A DNA stretch of 61,533 nucleotides, filler included. It is 5 parts of 5 records of this genome, joined end to end, with 100 filler letters (N's around TTAATTAATTAA, not from the genome) between each part and the next. Parts side by side here need not be neighbours in the genome. Positions count along the whole stretch, not along the records: positions 1 to 9,148 come from SRR2962707_3177; positions 9,249 to 36,451 come from SRR2962707_3178; 3 more parts are not named here. One strand, 5' to 3'. Shown here piece by piece: positions 1 through 9,686 of the stretch; position 1 is the first letter of the stretch; each line of letters starts with the position of its first letter. The translations under genes and the position numbers were made by a program. The notes below the pieces were generated by a model, which did not search any database, was not told the DNA's origin, and saw nothing but the letters and a program-made list of their open reading frames with translations.

Positions 1-14
1 TCAGTGTATTTCCG
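1..14 (+). repeat. 14-bp direct repeat TCAGTGTATTTCCG, copy 1 (first bases of window)
   Basis: Identical to 9135-9148, the last 14 bases before the first linker. Confidence 0.9.
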
Positions 15-439
15 AACTACAGGCCATATTCAGGCGTCATCGAAGAGCCTGTGACATATCTGCTGATGTTTCCGAGTTATCGGTTTTCTTTTTCAGAATA
101 CTTTGAAACAGAACGTAAAAACGGCCCTGAAAAAGTATATCCCCGACCAACATACGAAGCTCCATACCCCCGAATGATGACAAACGGGCACGCGGTTTCG
201 ATGTGGTGTTCAGGGAGGACAGAAGAGCAATGCAGCAATGCTCACATGATATGAACATTGCTTCACGATAGGCTGGTGTCACATGCCACACAAGTTGACA
301 TTCGACATACAGTGGAATCAACAACTTGGTATTCCTGATCGCCCGCTAAGTTGACATGGATTGACACAATAAGGTGACAAAAAGCTGCTTAATTGACAGA
401 AAAGATGACATTTCCCAAACTTCCGATTGCGCCTTGCCC

Positions 440-1729
440 TCAATTCACCATCAAGTTAGGCAGGAACAACGTCACTTCCGGGAACATAATCAATCCAAGA
501 AGCACGATGATTTCCATGATCAGGAACGGAATGATCCCGCGGAAGATTGTGCCTAATGGCACCCCGGTTTGCGCAGAAGCCACATAGGCGTTTAATCCCA
601 GCGGCGGTGTCAAAAGGCCAATCTCGACTGTCTTGGTGACAATAATCCCAAACCAGATCGGGTTGTAATCAAGCGCCATTGCGGTCGGGAATGCCAATGG
701 CATGGCCAGCGACAGGATTGCCAATTGATCCATAAACATACCCATGATCAATAAAATGATCACGATCATTGCCATGATCAACTCGCGTGACATGTCCGTC
801 GTTGACACAAATTCCAACAAGTTTTGCGTAATCCGCGTAAAGGCAAGATAGTTCGAGAAAATTGCAGAACAGGCAATGATCGCAACAATCATCACAGTTG
901 CCCGGATGGAGCTGCTGATTGATGTGCCAAGCCCCTTGATCGTCAGGGTCCTTTGCGCAAGAACGACAATCAAGGATCCCATAACACCAAGTGCTGCTGC
1001 CTCGGACGGGGACGTCAAACCACCGTAAATCGCCCCGATTACAGCAACAATCAGAAGGGCAATCGGAAGCACATTGACACTTGTCCGTGCGGCCTTACGC
1101 AACTCAAACGGATCGCCTTTCGGCGCATAGTTCGTGCGATGGGCAATGACCTTGATCACCGCGCAAAGCCCGGCAGCTGTGAGCAATCCCGGAACAATAC
1201 CGGCAATGAAAAGCTTACCAATTGATGTTTCGGTGAGCACTCCATAAACGACCAGAACAATACTGGGTGGGACCACCACAGCAAGTGTTCCGCCAACGGA
1301 CACAACAGCTGCGGCCAACCGGTCATTATATTTATGGCGGCGCATCTCCGGGAAAGCCGATGCCGCCATGGCCGCAGTCGAGGCCGTAGAACTCCCGACC
1401 AAAGCTGCTAACAAAACTGATGCGGCAACCGTTGCCATGGCAAGGCCACCCTTAAAGTGCCCAACCCAGTTTTGACAGGCGATGATGGCCCGGCGCGTTA
1501 CATCCCCGGCCGTCAAGAGTTCGGCCATCAGAATGAAAAGCGGGATGGAGACCAAAATAAAGGAAGACGACGTGTCAAAGAACGTCCGCTCAAGCACGGA
1601 TAAGGCCGGCTTCATTCCAAGCTGCAGCGCAAGCCCCAGAAACCCGGTAATGCCCATGGCAAATGCGATTGGCATCCGAAAAACCATCAGCACCGCAAGC
1701 AAGATGAGTATTATGATAAAAGTAAGCAT
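440..1729 (-). CDS. dctM: TRAP transporter large permease
   Basis: Very hydrophobic; DctM motifs SIPLFILM, GGTLAVVVPPS, EIGLLTPPLGLN; ATG at 1729 chosen, AAGGAG upstream. Confidence 0.93.
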   Translation of the reverse strand: MLTFIIILILLAVLMVFRMPIAFAMGITGFLGLALQLGMKPALSVLERTFFDTSSSFILVSIPLFILMAELLTAGDVTRRAIIACQNWVGHFKGGLAMATVAASVLLAALVGSSTASTAAMAASAFPEMRRHKYNDRLAAAVVSVGGTLAVVVPPSIVLVVYGVLTETSIGKLFIAGIVPGLLTAAGLCAVIKVIAHRTNYAPKGDPFELRKAARTSVNVLPIALLIVAVIGAIYGGLTSPSEAAALGVMGSLIVVLAQRTLTIKGLGTSISSSIRATVMIVAIIACSAIFSNYLAFTRITQNLLEFVSTTDMSRELIMAMIVIILLIMGMFMDQLAILSLAMPLAFPTAMALDYNPIWFGIIVTKTVEIGLLTPPLGLNAYVASAQTGVPLGTIFRGIIPFLIMEIIVLLGLIMFPEVTLFLPNLMVN

Positions 1730-1806
1730 GAATGGAACGAACGCTCCTTGAAAGGGGTGGCCGCTGGTTACGACCACCCTTCAGGGTAAAGGTATGATCT
1801 TTTTGA

Positions 1807-2817
1807 TTATTTATTGCCAGCAAGCGCGCGATAGCTTTCAAGAACAAGATCCGCCTTCTCACCACCAATCCGCTCTTTCCAATCCGCGGTTACCGGCACC
1901 ATTGCAGCACCAAGTTCGGCAAGTTCGGCTTCGGTGAACTGATAAACATCAATCCCCTGTGCTTTCCATTCCTCCGCCAGAACGTTGATCGATGCGTCCT
2001 GCACTTCTGCAACATGTGTTGCAACTTCACGCCCGGCATCAAGCATGGCTTTTTGAACATCCGACGACAGGCTTTCGAACTTGTCACGGCCAACCACCAT
2101 CACAAAGCTATAGCCGCCAAAAGAACCGTTCGTCGAAATGTGGCTGACGACTTCCTGAAGATTATACCCCGGCACCGACGCCAGCGGGAACAGCACCCCA
2201 TCAAGTCGCCCACGTTCAACCGCGGTGTAAACTTCTGGTCCCGGGATAGAAATGCCAACCGAACCAAGCGCGCGTGCTGTCATCGCCTGTGTCGATCCGG
2301 ATGTCCGGATATCAAGTGCGTTCCAGTCACTCACACCACCAAGATGGGCCTTGGCCAGAACCTGATAAGGCGGCAGGACAAAGCCAAAGACCGGCAGGAC
2401 ACCCGCGTCAAGAAGCTCATCACGCAGCGGACCTTCTGCCAGCATCGCCTGAAGGGCTTTGGTTCCTTGGGTTGCGGTACTGTAGAACCCCGGCAATCCA
2501 ATGACCGAGTTAAGCGGCAATACTTCACTGTGATACAAAGCCCCAAGAAGGGCAGCATCAAGAATACCGTTATTCACCGCATCAAGTTGGGCCGCAGATT
2601 TCGCAGCCTGTTGGGCCGGAAAATGTTCGAATTTGATTTCACCGTTGGTTGCCTCTTCAACGGCAAACATCCAGCGCGAAGTACCTTCTATAGATACGAT
2701 GTGGCTGGTCGATTGAAAATCACCCAGTCGCAGTGTTTCGGCCCGTGCCGAACCTACGCCAAACCCGATCGATGCGACACTTGCCAGTATCGTTAGAAAC
2801 TTTCCTGTATTCTTCAT
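1807..2817 (-). CDS. dctP: TRAP transporter substrate-binding protein
   Basis: Signal peptide, IRT motif and EVYTAVERGRLDG; GGAGG before ATG 2817. Confidence 0.88.
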   Translation of the reverse strand: MKNTGKFLTILASVASIGFGVGSARAETLRLGDFQSTSHIVSIEGTSRWMFAVEEATNGEIKFEHFPAQQAAKSAAQLDAVNNGILDAALLGALYHSEVLPLNSVIGLPGFYSTATQGTKALQAMLAEGPLRDELLDAGVLPVFGFVLPPYQVLAKAHLGGVSDWNALDIRTSGSTQAMTARALGSVGISIPGPEVYTAVERGRLDGVLFPLASVPGYNLQEVVSHISTNGSFGGYSFVMVVGRDKFESLSSDVQKAMLDAGREVATHVAEVQDASINVLAEEWKAQGIDVYQFTEAELAELGAAMVPVTADWKERIGGEKADLVLESYRALAGNK

Positions 2818-2845
2818 CTTGGTATCCTCCCAGACATTGATGAAT

Positions 2846-3337
2846 TCAAGACACTTCAAGCCGCTGGTTTTTGAGCGTGTCATAAAGCAGTCTCAAAGAA
2901 AGAACGCCGCATCCAAGCGGGATCGCGACATAGGCCCATCCCAAGGGCCAATCAATTACCCCGTATTCGATTTCGCCCCGCATAAACGCCTTCAATGCAA
3001 AGGAACCAGACATATATGTCACGGCAACAAAGAAAGACGCGGCAAGCAAAGTCCGTAGTTTGCCGACGATCACTCCAAACATGCCGTGCAAATCTTTGGT
3101 CATGAAATCAAGTGCGAGATGGCCACCATCGCGGTAAACGCGAGACAGCGATAAGGTCGCAAGGGCCGGCATCAGATAAAGTTCGGTCATCTCAAACTGA
3201 ATCTGCACCGGTGTACTTGCCACCATACGCATCACGATATCTGCGTTAAGCAGCACCGCGACGACCACAAGGGCAAGGCACCCTCCCCAATGGAAGGTGT
3301 CCTCTATGCGTTTCAATATCTTTTCAATAACGTCCAA
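2846..3337 (-). CDS. dctQ: TRAP transporter small permease
   Basis: 163 aa, four hydrophobic segments, GGHLALDF motif, beside dctP/dctM. Confidence 0.88.
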   Translation of the reverse strand: MDVIEKILKRIEDTFHWGGCLALVVVAVLLNADIVMRMVASTPVQIQFEMTELYLMPALATLSLSRVYRDGGHLALDFMTKDLHGMFGVIVGKLRTLLAASFFVAVTYMSGSFALKAFMRGEIEYGVIDWPLGWAYVAIPLGCGVLSLRLLYDTLKNQRLEVS

Positions 3338-3368
3338 CCTTGCCTCCTAGGTTGAAGCGTGAAAAGGA

Positions 3369-4508
3369 TCAGCGTTTCGGCAGTTCGACAATTGCCGAGC
3401 CAATGGCTGACAATTCGCCGTCCTGTTGTTCCGCACGCTGGCGAATTTCAACGAAGTAGCGCCCGTCTTTTTCGAATTTGCGCGCAACATCTCCGTGGAT
3501 CAGAATGATATCGCCTTCGGGATTATGACGACGTACCTGACACTTAGCCTGGCTGAGGAAACCGTCATCACCCATCCAGTTGGTAATCTGATGTTGCAAC
3601 CAGGAGGTGCGTTCGGGTCCATAGTCATATGCACCAGGTGCGCCAACTTCTAAAGCAAACTCTTCTTCCCAATGCACACGTTCCGGACAGTCGGGAATGC
3701 CAAAGCGGTTTTTGATCCCGGCATTCGGGTGTTTTTGCTGCAGCTGCCAGGCAAGTTTATTGGCGCGGATGTAAAGACCGCCCCAACCTTGGGCATAGGC
3801 GACGAAACCGGTAACCGTCATCGGTCCTTTGACCATGGTTGGGAGTTCTTCGCCTTCGGCAACGTCATCCCAATAGCGGGTTTCAGAGCCACGGATTTTT
3901 TCTTGCTCGTAATATTTGGTGTATTCAGCAAGCTCTTCGTCGGTATAGACGCGAATTGGTTTGGACCGTGCTTCGGTATATTTCGTGCCGTTTTCGCGGG
4001 CCTGATCGCGGTCGGTACGGAAACACCAGCTATCTGCTTCGGCCAGCATGTCACCGGTTTTCGCATCATAGAAATCAACGTGATAAATTTGCTGAATCGC
4101 ACGTCCGGCAAACCGGGTATTATGTTCGACCAGATCTTTAAGATAGGCCTCGGTACGGACTTCGGTGTTGCGGTAAATCGGCTTGTGCCACGCCCAGTCA
4201 GCACCCGACCACATGGCATGAACGCCTGGCAATCCGCCGACATATCCCGAAATGATCCGGCTGGTCGCAAACAGGAAGCTCGGCAGGGCAATCACGTCAC
4301 CATATCGGGTGTTTTTGGCATATTCCGGGTCACACCACAGCGGGTTGTCATCGCCAATGCCATGGGCATAGTGACGGATATTGTCGCGGGTTGCTTCATA
4401 GCACCACGGCTCAACCGTCTTTTCAATTTTGACACCGACACGCTTGCTCAGATCTTCAAGCCCTTCGGCTGTGATCTTTGGAAATCGTCGTTGTGAAATC
4501 TCGTTCAT
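3369..4508 (-). CDS. Double hot-dog MaoC/FAS1-like acyl-CoA (de)hydratase
   Basis: N-terminal IRHYAHGIGDDNPLW..PEYA motif; second hot-dog domain with VHW and WMGDDG. Confidence 0.8.
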   Translation of the reverse strand: MNEISQRRFPKITAEGLEDLSKRVGVKIEKTVEPWCYEATRDNIRHYAHGIGDDNPLWCDPEYAKNTRYGDVIALPSFLFATSRIISGYVGGLPGVHAMWSGADWAWHKPIYRNTEVRTEAYLKDLVEHNTRFAGRAIQQIYHVDFYDAKTGDMLAEADSWCFRTDRDQARENGTKYTEARSKPIRVYTDEELAEYTKYYEQEKIRGSETRYWDDVAEGEELPTMVKGPMTVTGFVAYAQGWGGLYIRANKLAWQLQQKHPNAGIKNRFGIPDCPERVHWEEEFALEVGAPGAYDYGPERTSWLQHQITNWMGDDGFLSQAKCQVRRHNPEGDIILIHGDVARKFEKDGRYFVEIRQRAEQQDGELSAIGSAIVELPKR

Positions 4509-4550
4509 TATTGATTCCTCCATGAATACTGTATTTGGCAACAGCACCGC

Positions 4551-6107
4551 TTAGGCTGCTGTTCCCTGTTGTGCTTCTTGATCTCTGAGAATTTTGCGAT
4601 TGACCTTGCCCGCAGGGGTTTTGGGCAAATCCTGGACGTAGTCGACATGACGGGGATATTCGTGTCGGCTTAGATTTGTCCGCACAAGATCCTGGATTTC
4701 TTCGGTCAGGCCATCGTCATAGGTGTCTTTCAGAACGATGAATGCTTTCACCACCTGACCACGTACTTTGTCGGGCACACCGATGGCGGCAGCTTCCGCG
4801 ACTTTGGGGTGCTTAAGGATGGCGTCTTCGATTTCGACCGCACTCATGGTCCAGCCCGCAGAAATGATCACATCATCTGCACGACCGGCATGATAGAAAT
4901 ATCCTTCCTCATCCACACGGCCAAGATCCTTGGTATGGAACCACTCGCCCTGTTTCTTGACCATAAGCTCGCCGGTTTCGCCGGGCTTTGCCGGATTGCC
5001 GTTGGCATCCTGAACTTCGACCTCAACACCGGGAACAGCCTTGCCCATGGATCCTTCGCGTACCTCGAAATCGGGCGCACCTGGATAATTGGCAAGGATC
5101 ACACCGATTTCGGTGGTGCCATACATCGAACAGACTTTCGTCCCGAACAGGTTTTCGACGTACCGCGCACTTTCGCTGTCAATCGGCTCCCCGGTAAAGG
5201 TCAGTTTCTTAAAGCTATAGGAAAACTCTTCGGCCTTCCCGGTATTGCGCATCATCCGGTAATGGGTTGCGGCGGCCGACATATTGGTGATTTTGTAATC
5301 GCTAATTGCCTTGAGCAAACGGACCGCATCAAACTTTCCGCTAAACGTTCCCGTCGACACACCAAGGGCAAGTGGAGCCAATGTCCCATGCCAAAGACCA
5401 TGCCCCCATGCTGGCGAGGACGGACAGAAGAACCGATCGCCCGGACGAATGCCCGTGGCGTACAGAGCCGCCACCATCAAAGTCACAAGCGAACGGTGAG
5501 TATGCCTTACCGCAGCGGGCAAAAGCCGCGTTGTCCCCGATGTGTATTGCAAAACGGCAAGATCATCACCGGCAGTCGTGCAGGAAAAGTTCTCTGGAAG
5601 GGCTGCGATAGACTGCAAAAATGCATCATCGACAACCACAACATCAAGATTGCCCGCCGCATTGGCATCATCGGCCTTTTCCGCATTGGTAAAAAGAACA
5701 CGCGGGGTGCAATCATCGGCGCGGAGACGAATGCCTTCCGGACCAAACAGGGTAAACATCGGAACTGCTACCGCACCCAGTTTGATCGCGCCAAACAGTG
5801 CGCCGTAAAAGGCCAGCGACGGTTCAAGCATCACCGCAACCCGATCACCTTTGCCGACACCACGTTCGGCAAGGTAGTGCGCAAATTGCGCTGACAACTT
5901 GGTCAATGTTGCAAATGTGATGATTTCATCATCGCCATCGGAATGGGCGACCCGAACGGCAACATTATCGCCGTCAACGTGCCGGTCGACACATTCATGC
6001 GCAATATTGAAATTATCACGCGTCCCATCAAAAAGCGCCCACAGGGCATCTCTTGAAAAATGCTTCTGGGCATCCCCGTAGGATTGAAAATCCGTTAAGC
6101 GGGTCAT
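4551..6107 (-). CDS. Acyl-CoA synthetase (AMP-forming)
   Basis: YTSGTT, YGTTE, GRADDVI, PKTPAGK adenylation motifs. Confidence 0.93.
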   Translation of the reverse strand: MTRLTDFQSYGDAQKHFSRDALWALFDGTRDNFNIAHECVDRHVDGDNVAVRVAHSDGDDEIITFATLTKLSAQFAHYLAERGVGKGDRVAVMLEPSLAFYGALFGAIKLGAVAVPMFTLFGPEGIRLRADDCTPRVLFTNAEKADDANAAGNLDVVVVDDAFLQSIAALPENFSCTTAGDDLAVLQYTSGTTRLLPAAVRHTHRSLVTLMVAALYATGIRPGDRFFCPSSPAWGHGLWHGTLAPLALGVSTGTFSGKFDAVRLLKAISDYKITNMSAAATHYRMMRNTGKAEEFSYSFKKLTFTGEPIDSESARYVENLFGTKVCSMYGTTEIGVILANYPGAPDFEVREGSMGKAVPGVEVEVQDANGNPAKPGETGELMVKKQGEWFHTKDLGRVDEEGYFYHAGRADDVIISAGWTMSAVEIEDAILKHPKVAEAAAIGVPDKVRGQVVKAFIVLKDTYDDGLTEEIQDLVRTNLSRHEYPRHVDYVQDLPKTPAGKVNRKILRDQEAQQGTAA

Positions 6108-6211
6108 GTCCGGTCTCCTCCCGATGTGTTGTCCGGTTGCTTGTTTTGCACCGAAGTGATCGTTGACAACGGTAGTGAGATCAGAACATCATTGTCAATA
6201 TGATTTATTCA

Positions 6212-6225
6212 TTGTATATAGACAA
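6212..6225. promoter_or_regulatory. Near-perfect palindrome TTGTATATAGACAA, candidate IclR operator
   Basis: Dyad symmetry in the divergent promoter between the ligase operon and iclR. Confidence 0.45.
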
Positions 6226-6252
6226 CAACTTCACTGTTATTTGAGACTGAAC

Positions 6253-7026
6253 ATGACTGACTCAGAAAAAGCACCACAGACCAAAAGACAGGTCCCGGCA
6301 GTTACGCGGGCCTTGGCTATCCTACGTTTTCTAGCCCGATCAAATGATCCTATCGGCGTCAACCCGATCGCCCGCGAACTGGGGCTTGTGCCCAGTACTT
6401 GTCTGCACATTTTGCGTGTCCTTCAGGACGAGGGACTCGTTGAATTTGAAGAAATAACCAAACGGTATTCAATCGGGATCGGCATCTTGCCACTGGCCCG
6501 TTCGGCCCTTCAGAAGAATACGTTTTCGGTTCTGGTGCAGCCACACCTGTCCGAACTATCCAAACGGTTTGGCGTTACCGGCATTGCCACACAGATTTCT
6601 GAACCCGGTCAAATGGTTGTGGTTGCCCTGTCGCAATCAAGCCTTCCATTCCGATTGCAGGTCGATCTCGGCAGCCGGTTCCCACTTTTGATTTCGGCAA
6701 CAGGCCGCTGCTTTGCTGCCTTTAACGGGCTTGATGAAAAATCACTGCGTGCCAAGTTCGACAAATTGACATGGGATCACCCGCCAAGCTTCGCGCAATG
6801 GCAAAACGAAGTCGAAGAAACCCGCGAGAAGGGCTATGCGGTAGATCAGGGGGCGTACATTTCCGGCGTCACGGTCGTTGCCGTTCCTGTTTTTGGATCG
6901 GATGGCAAAATGCTGCGTTCCCTTGTCGCCATTGGCATTAGCGAGCGTCTTAAAGATAACGAAATCCCCAAACTTGCAAATGCCCTCATCACAGTTCGCG
7001 ATGACGTAAACAGCATGCAAATGTAA
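6253..7026 (+). CDS. IclR family transcriptional regulator
   Basis: VPAVTRALAIL N-terminal HTH; C-terminal GYAVD..GVTVVAVPVF effector domain. Confidence 0.92.
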   Translation: MTDSEKAPQTKRQVPAVTRALAILRFLARSNDPIGVNPIARELGLVPSTCLHILRVLQDEGLVEFEEITKRYSIGIGILPLARSALQKNTFSVLVQPHLSELSKRFGVTGIATQISEPGQMVVVALSQSSLPFRLQVDLGSRFPLLISATGRCFAAFNGLDEKSLRAKFDKLTWDHPPSFAQWQNEVEETREKGYAVDQGAYISGVTVVAVPVFGSDGKMLRSLVAIGISERLKDNEIPKLANALITVRDDVNSMQM

Positions 7027-7039
7027 TCAGGGGAAGAAA

Positions 7040-7456
7040 ATGACAGGGAACGTACCAAGCACGGATACGTGGCGAAATGTCGCGATCGACGGCTTTATTG
7101 ATCTGATCGGCCCGCTGATGTCACGATCCGAAAATGATCAGAAAATATATGGCCTCCAAACCGGGCCACAGCATGTAAACGCGGTTGGCATCATTCACGG
7201 AGGCGTTGTCACGAGCCTGCTCGATCAGACGATGGCGATGGAAGCATGGAAAGCCGCCGAGCGCCAACCAACCGTGACAGTTCAGATGGACACACGCTTC
7301 ATCGCCGCTGCTAAGGCTGGGGACCTTCTGGAAACCCGCGTAAACATTCGGCACGGCACCAAATCGATGATGTTTGTTGATGCGGATGTCTATTGCACAG
7401 ACCGGCTCATTGCCACGGCAACCGCCGTGATGAAGATTATCAGGAAGGCAGGTTGA
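7040..7456 (+). CDS. PaaI family acyl-CoA thioesterase
   Basis: HVNAVGIIHGGVVTSLLD signature. Confidence 0.88.
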   Translation: MTGNVPSTDTWRNVAIDGFIDLIGPLMSRSENDQKIYGLQTGPQHVNAVGIIHGGVVTSLLDQTMAMEAWKAAERQPTVTVQMDTRFIAAAKAGDLLETRVNIRHGTKSMMFVDADVYCTDRLIATATAVMKIIRKAG

Positions 7457-7460
7457 TTCC

Positions 7461-8696
7461 ATGACAAACTCGCAGACCACATCTCAACCCAGCACCCGCT
7501 CCGGCCCACTCGCCGGGGTCAAGGTTCTTGATTTTTCCCGCATTCTTTCCGGTCCTTATGCCAGCATGGTTCTCGCTGATTTAGGCGCTGAAATCATCAA
7601 GGTCGAACCGATTGAAAAAGGTGATGAAACCCGTAATTTTCCACCCTTTCAGGGACCATTAAGCCACTATTTCATAGCCCTGAACCGCAGTAAGAAAAGC
7701 ATCAGTCTTGACCTTAAATCGCCTGAAGGGGTCGAGATCGCGAAGAAACTTTCCCGACAAAGCGACATCGTTCTTGAAAACTTCCGACCCGGCGTTATGG
7801 ACCGACTTGGGCTGGGCTATGAAGCCCTTAAGCAAGACCACCCCGCGCTGATTTATTGCTCCATCACCGGATTTGGCAAAAACAGCCCGCATGGCAACAA
7901 ACCGGCATTTGACATTGTTGCACAGGCCCTATCGGGGGTGATGAGTGTTAACCGCGAGCCCGGTCAGGCCCCGAATAAACTCGGCCTGCCACTTGGCGAT
8001 ATGGCGGGCAGTATTTTTTCGTTATTTGGCGTGCTTGCCGCCCTTCATGAACGCAATCAAACCGGTCATGGCCGTCATGTCGAAGTCGCGATGCTTGATA
8101 GTCTGGTCGCGATGCAGGGTTATCTTTCACAAATCTATTTTGTCTCGGGCAAAAGTCCCGAACCGGTTGGCACCCGCCACCCAAGCATCGTGCCATATGG
8201 CTCTTTCCCAACCTCGGACGGGCACGTCATTGTTGCCTGCCTGACTGAACGGTTCTGGCACAATTTTGCCCGATGCCTTGACATGGAAGACATTATTACC
8301 GATCCCCGCTTTGCCCTTTATCAGGACCGACTGGCCAATCGGGATGAACTCGAACCCATGATTTATGCGCGGATGAAAGATGGTTCGACCGAATACTGGC
8401 TTACCCGTCTTAGCGAATTTGATGTCCCGAACGCACCTATTCTGGGTATTGGCGAGGCCTTGGAACAAGATCACATCGTACAGCACGGATTGATCGAAAC
8501 AGTAAACCATCCGGCCGCAGGTGACATGCGGATCGTCCGCGGCCCGATCCTGTTTGACGGACAAGGTCCAAGCCCGGCCAGCGCCCCGGCCTTGCTCGGT
8601 GAACACAGCCACACGATTTTAACCGACGACCTTGGCTATAGCGCCGATGAAGTAAAAGAAATGGCCCGAAACGGTGTCATATCTGGTCCATCATGA
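7461..8696 (+). CDS. CaiB/BaiF (family III) CoA-transferase
   Basis: GPLAGVKVLDFSRILSGP, LADLGAEIIKVE, NRSKKS, ENFRPG motifs. Confidence 0.93.
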   Translation: MTNSQTTSQPSTRSGPLAGVKVLDFSRILSGPYASMVLADLGAEIIKVEPIEKGDETRNFPPFQGPLSHYFIALNRSKKSISLDLKSPEGVEIAKKLSRQSDIVLENFRPGVMDRLGLGYEALKQDHPALIYCSITGFGKNSPHGNKPAFDIVAQALSGVMSVNREPGQAPNKLGLPLGDMAGSIFSLFGVLAALHERNQTGHGRHVEVAMLDSLVAMQGYLSQIYFVSGKSPEPVGTRHPSIVPYGSFPTSDGHVIVACLTERFWHNFARCLDMEDIITDPRFALYQDRLANRDELEPMIYARMKDGSTEYWLTRLSEFDVPNAPILGIGEALEQDHIVQHGLIETVNHPAAGDMRIVRGPILFDGQGPSPASAPALLGEHSHTILTDDLGYSADEVKEMARNGVISGPS

Positions 8697-8821
8697 TCCA
8701 CAGCAAGGCAGGAATGTCCCTTTCAACCCGAGTTTGAATCTTAATGGTGCTAGGCACTTGGCAAGCTTCCATTGCCCAGCACCTTCACATCCGAAACTGG
8801 ATGGCCTATCACGAGGTCACT

Positions 8822-9000
8822 TCATGTGCAGTCATTGTTTTGATCGACAACTGGTCCACGTGACAAATTGACCAGAACCGCAGACCACTTCATTCTTGCG
8901 AATTGCTCTGCTCCGATCAGGTGATGTGTCGCATCCGACAGGTTAATGACGAGCACAAGGACGTCTACCTGCCCCAAAATTTCATCGACGCCCCCACTGA
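8822..9000 (-). pseudogene. Remnant of D-isomer-specific 2-hydroxyacid dehydrogenase
   Basis: Peptide DVLVLVINLSDATHHLIGAEQFARMKWSAVLVNLSRGPVVD matches the family's NAD-binding C-terminal motif; rest of gene not recognisable. Confidence 0.65.
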
Positions 9001-9134
9001 TTTTCACCAAACGGAAGATCCTTGGAAACAAAAGTTACATATGACGACATGCCGGGTTTTATCCTGTCTTGGTCGTAATTTAATGGAAAACTGCGATGGC
9101 AAGAGGACAACAAGGGCAGATAAAACCAATGAAC

Positions 9135-9148
9135 TCAGTGTATTTCCG
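9135..9148 (+). repeat. 14-bp direct repeat TCAGTGTATTTCCG, copy 2 (contig end)
   Basis: Identical to 1-14. Confidence 0.9.
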
Positions 9149-9248
9149 NNNNNNNNNNNNNNNNNNNNNNNNNNNNNNNNNNNNNNNNNNNNTTAATTAA
9201 TTAANNNNNNNNNNNNNNNNNNNNNNNNNNNNNNNNNNNNNNNNNNNN
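9149..9248. other. Artificial contig linker
   Basis: 44 N + TTAATTAATTAA (stops in six frames) + 44 N. Confidence 0.99.
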
Positions 9249-9638
<390 letters not shown>

Positions 9639-9686
9639 TCATAAGGGCAACAGGCATGCCGCCTGCCACCAATTTCGCTAGATGTT

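Noticed and set aside
37-324. Short ORFs at the window start
   Set aside because: No recognisable motifs or RBS; probably non-coding or decayed DNA.
9193-9204. Recurring TTAATTAATTAA palindrome (four copies)
   Set aside because: Always centred in N-runs of identical length; synthetic linker, not biology.
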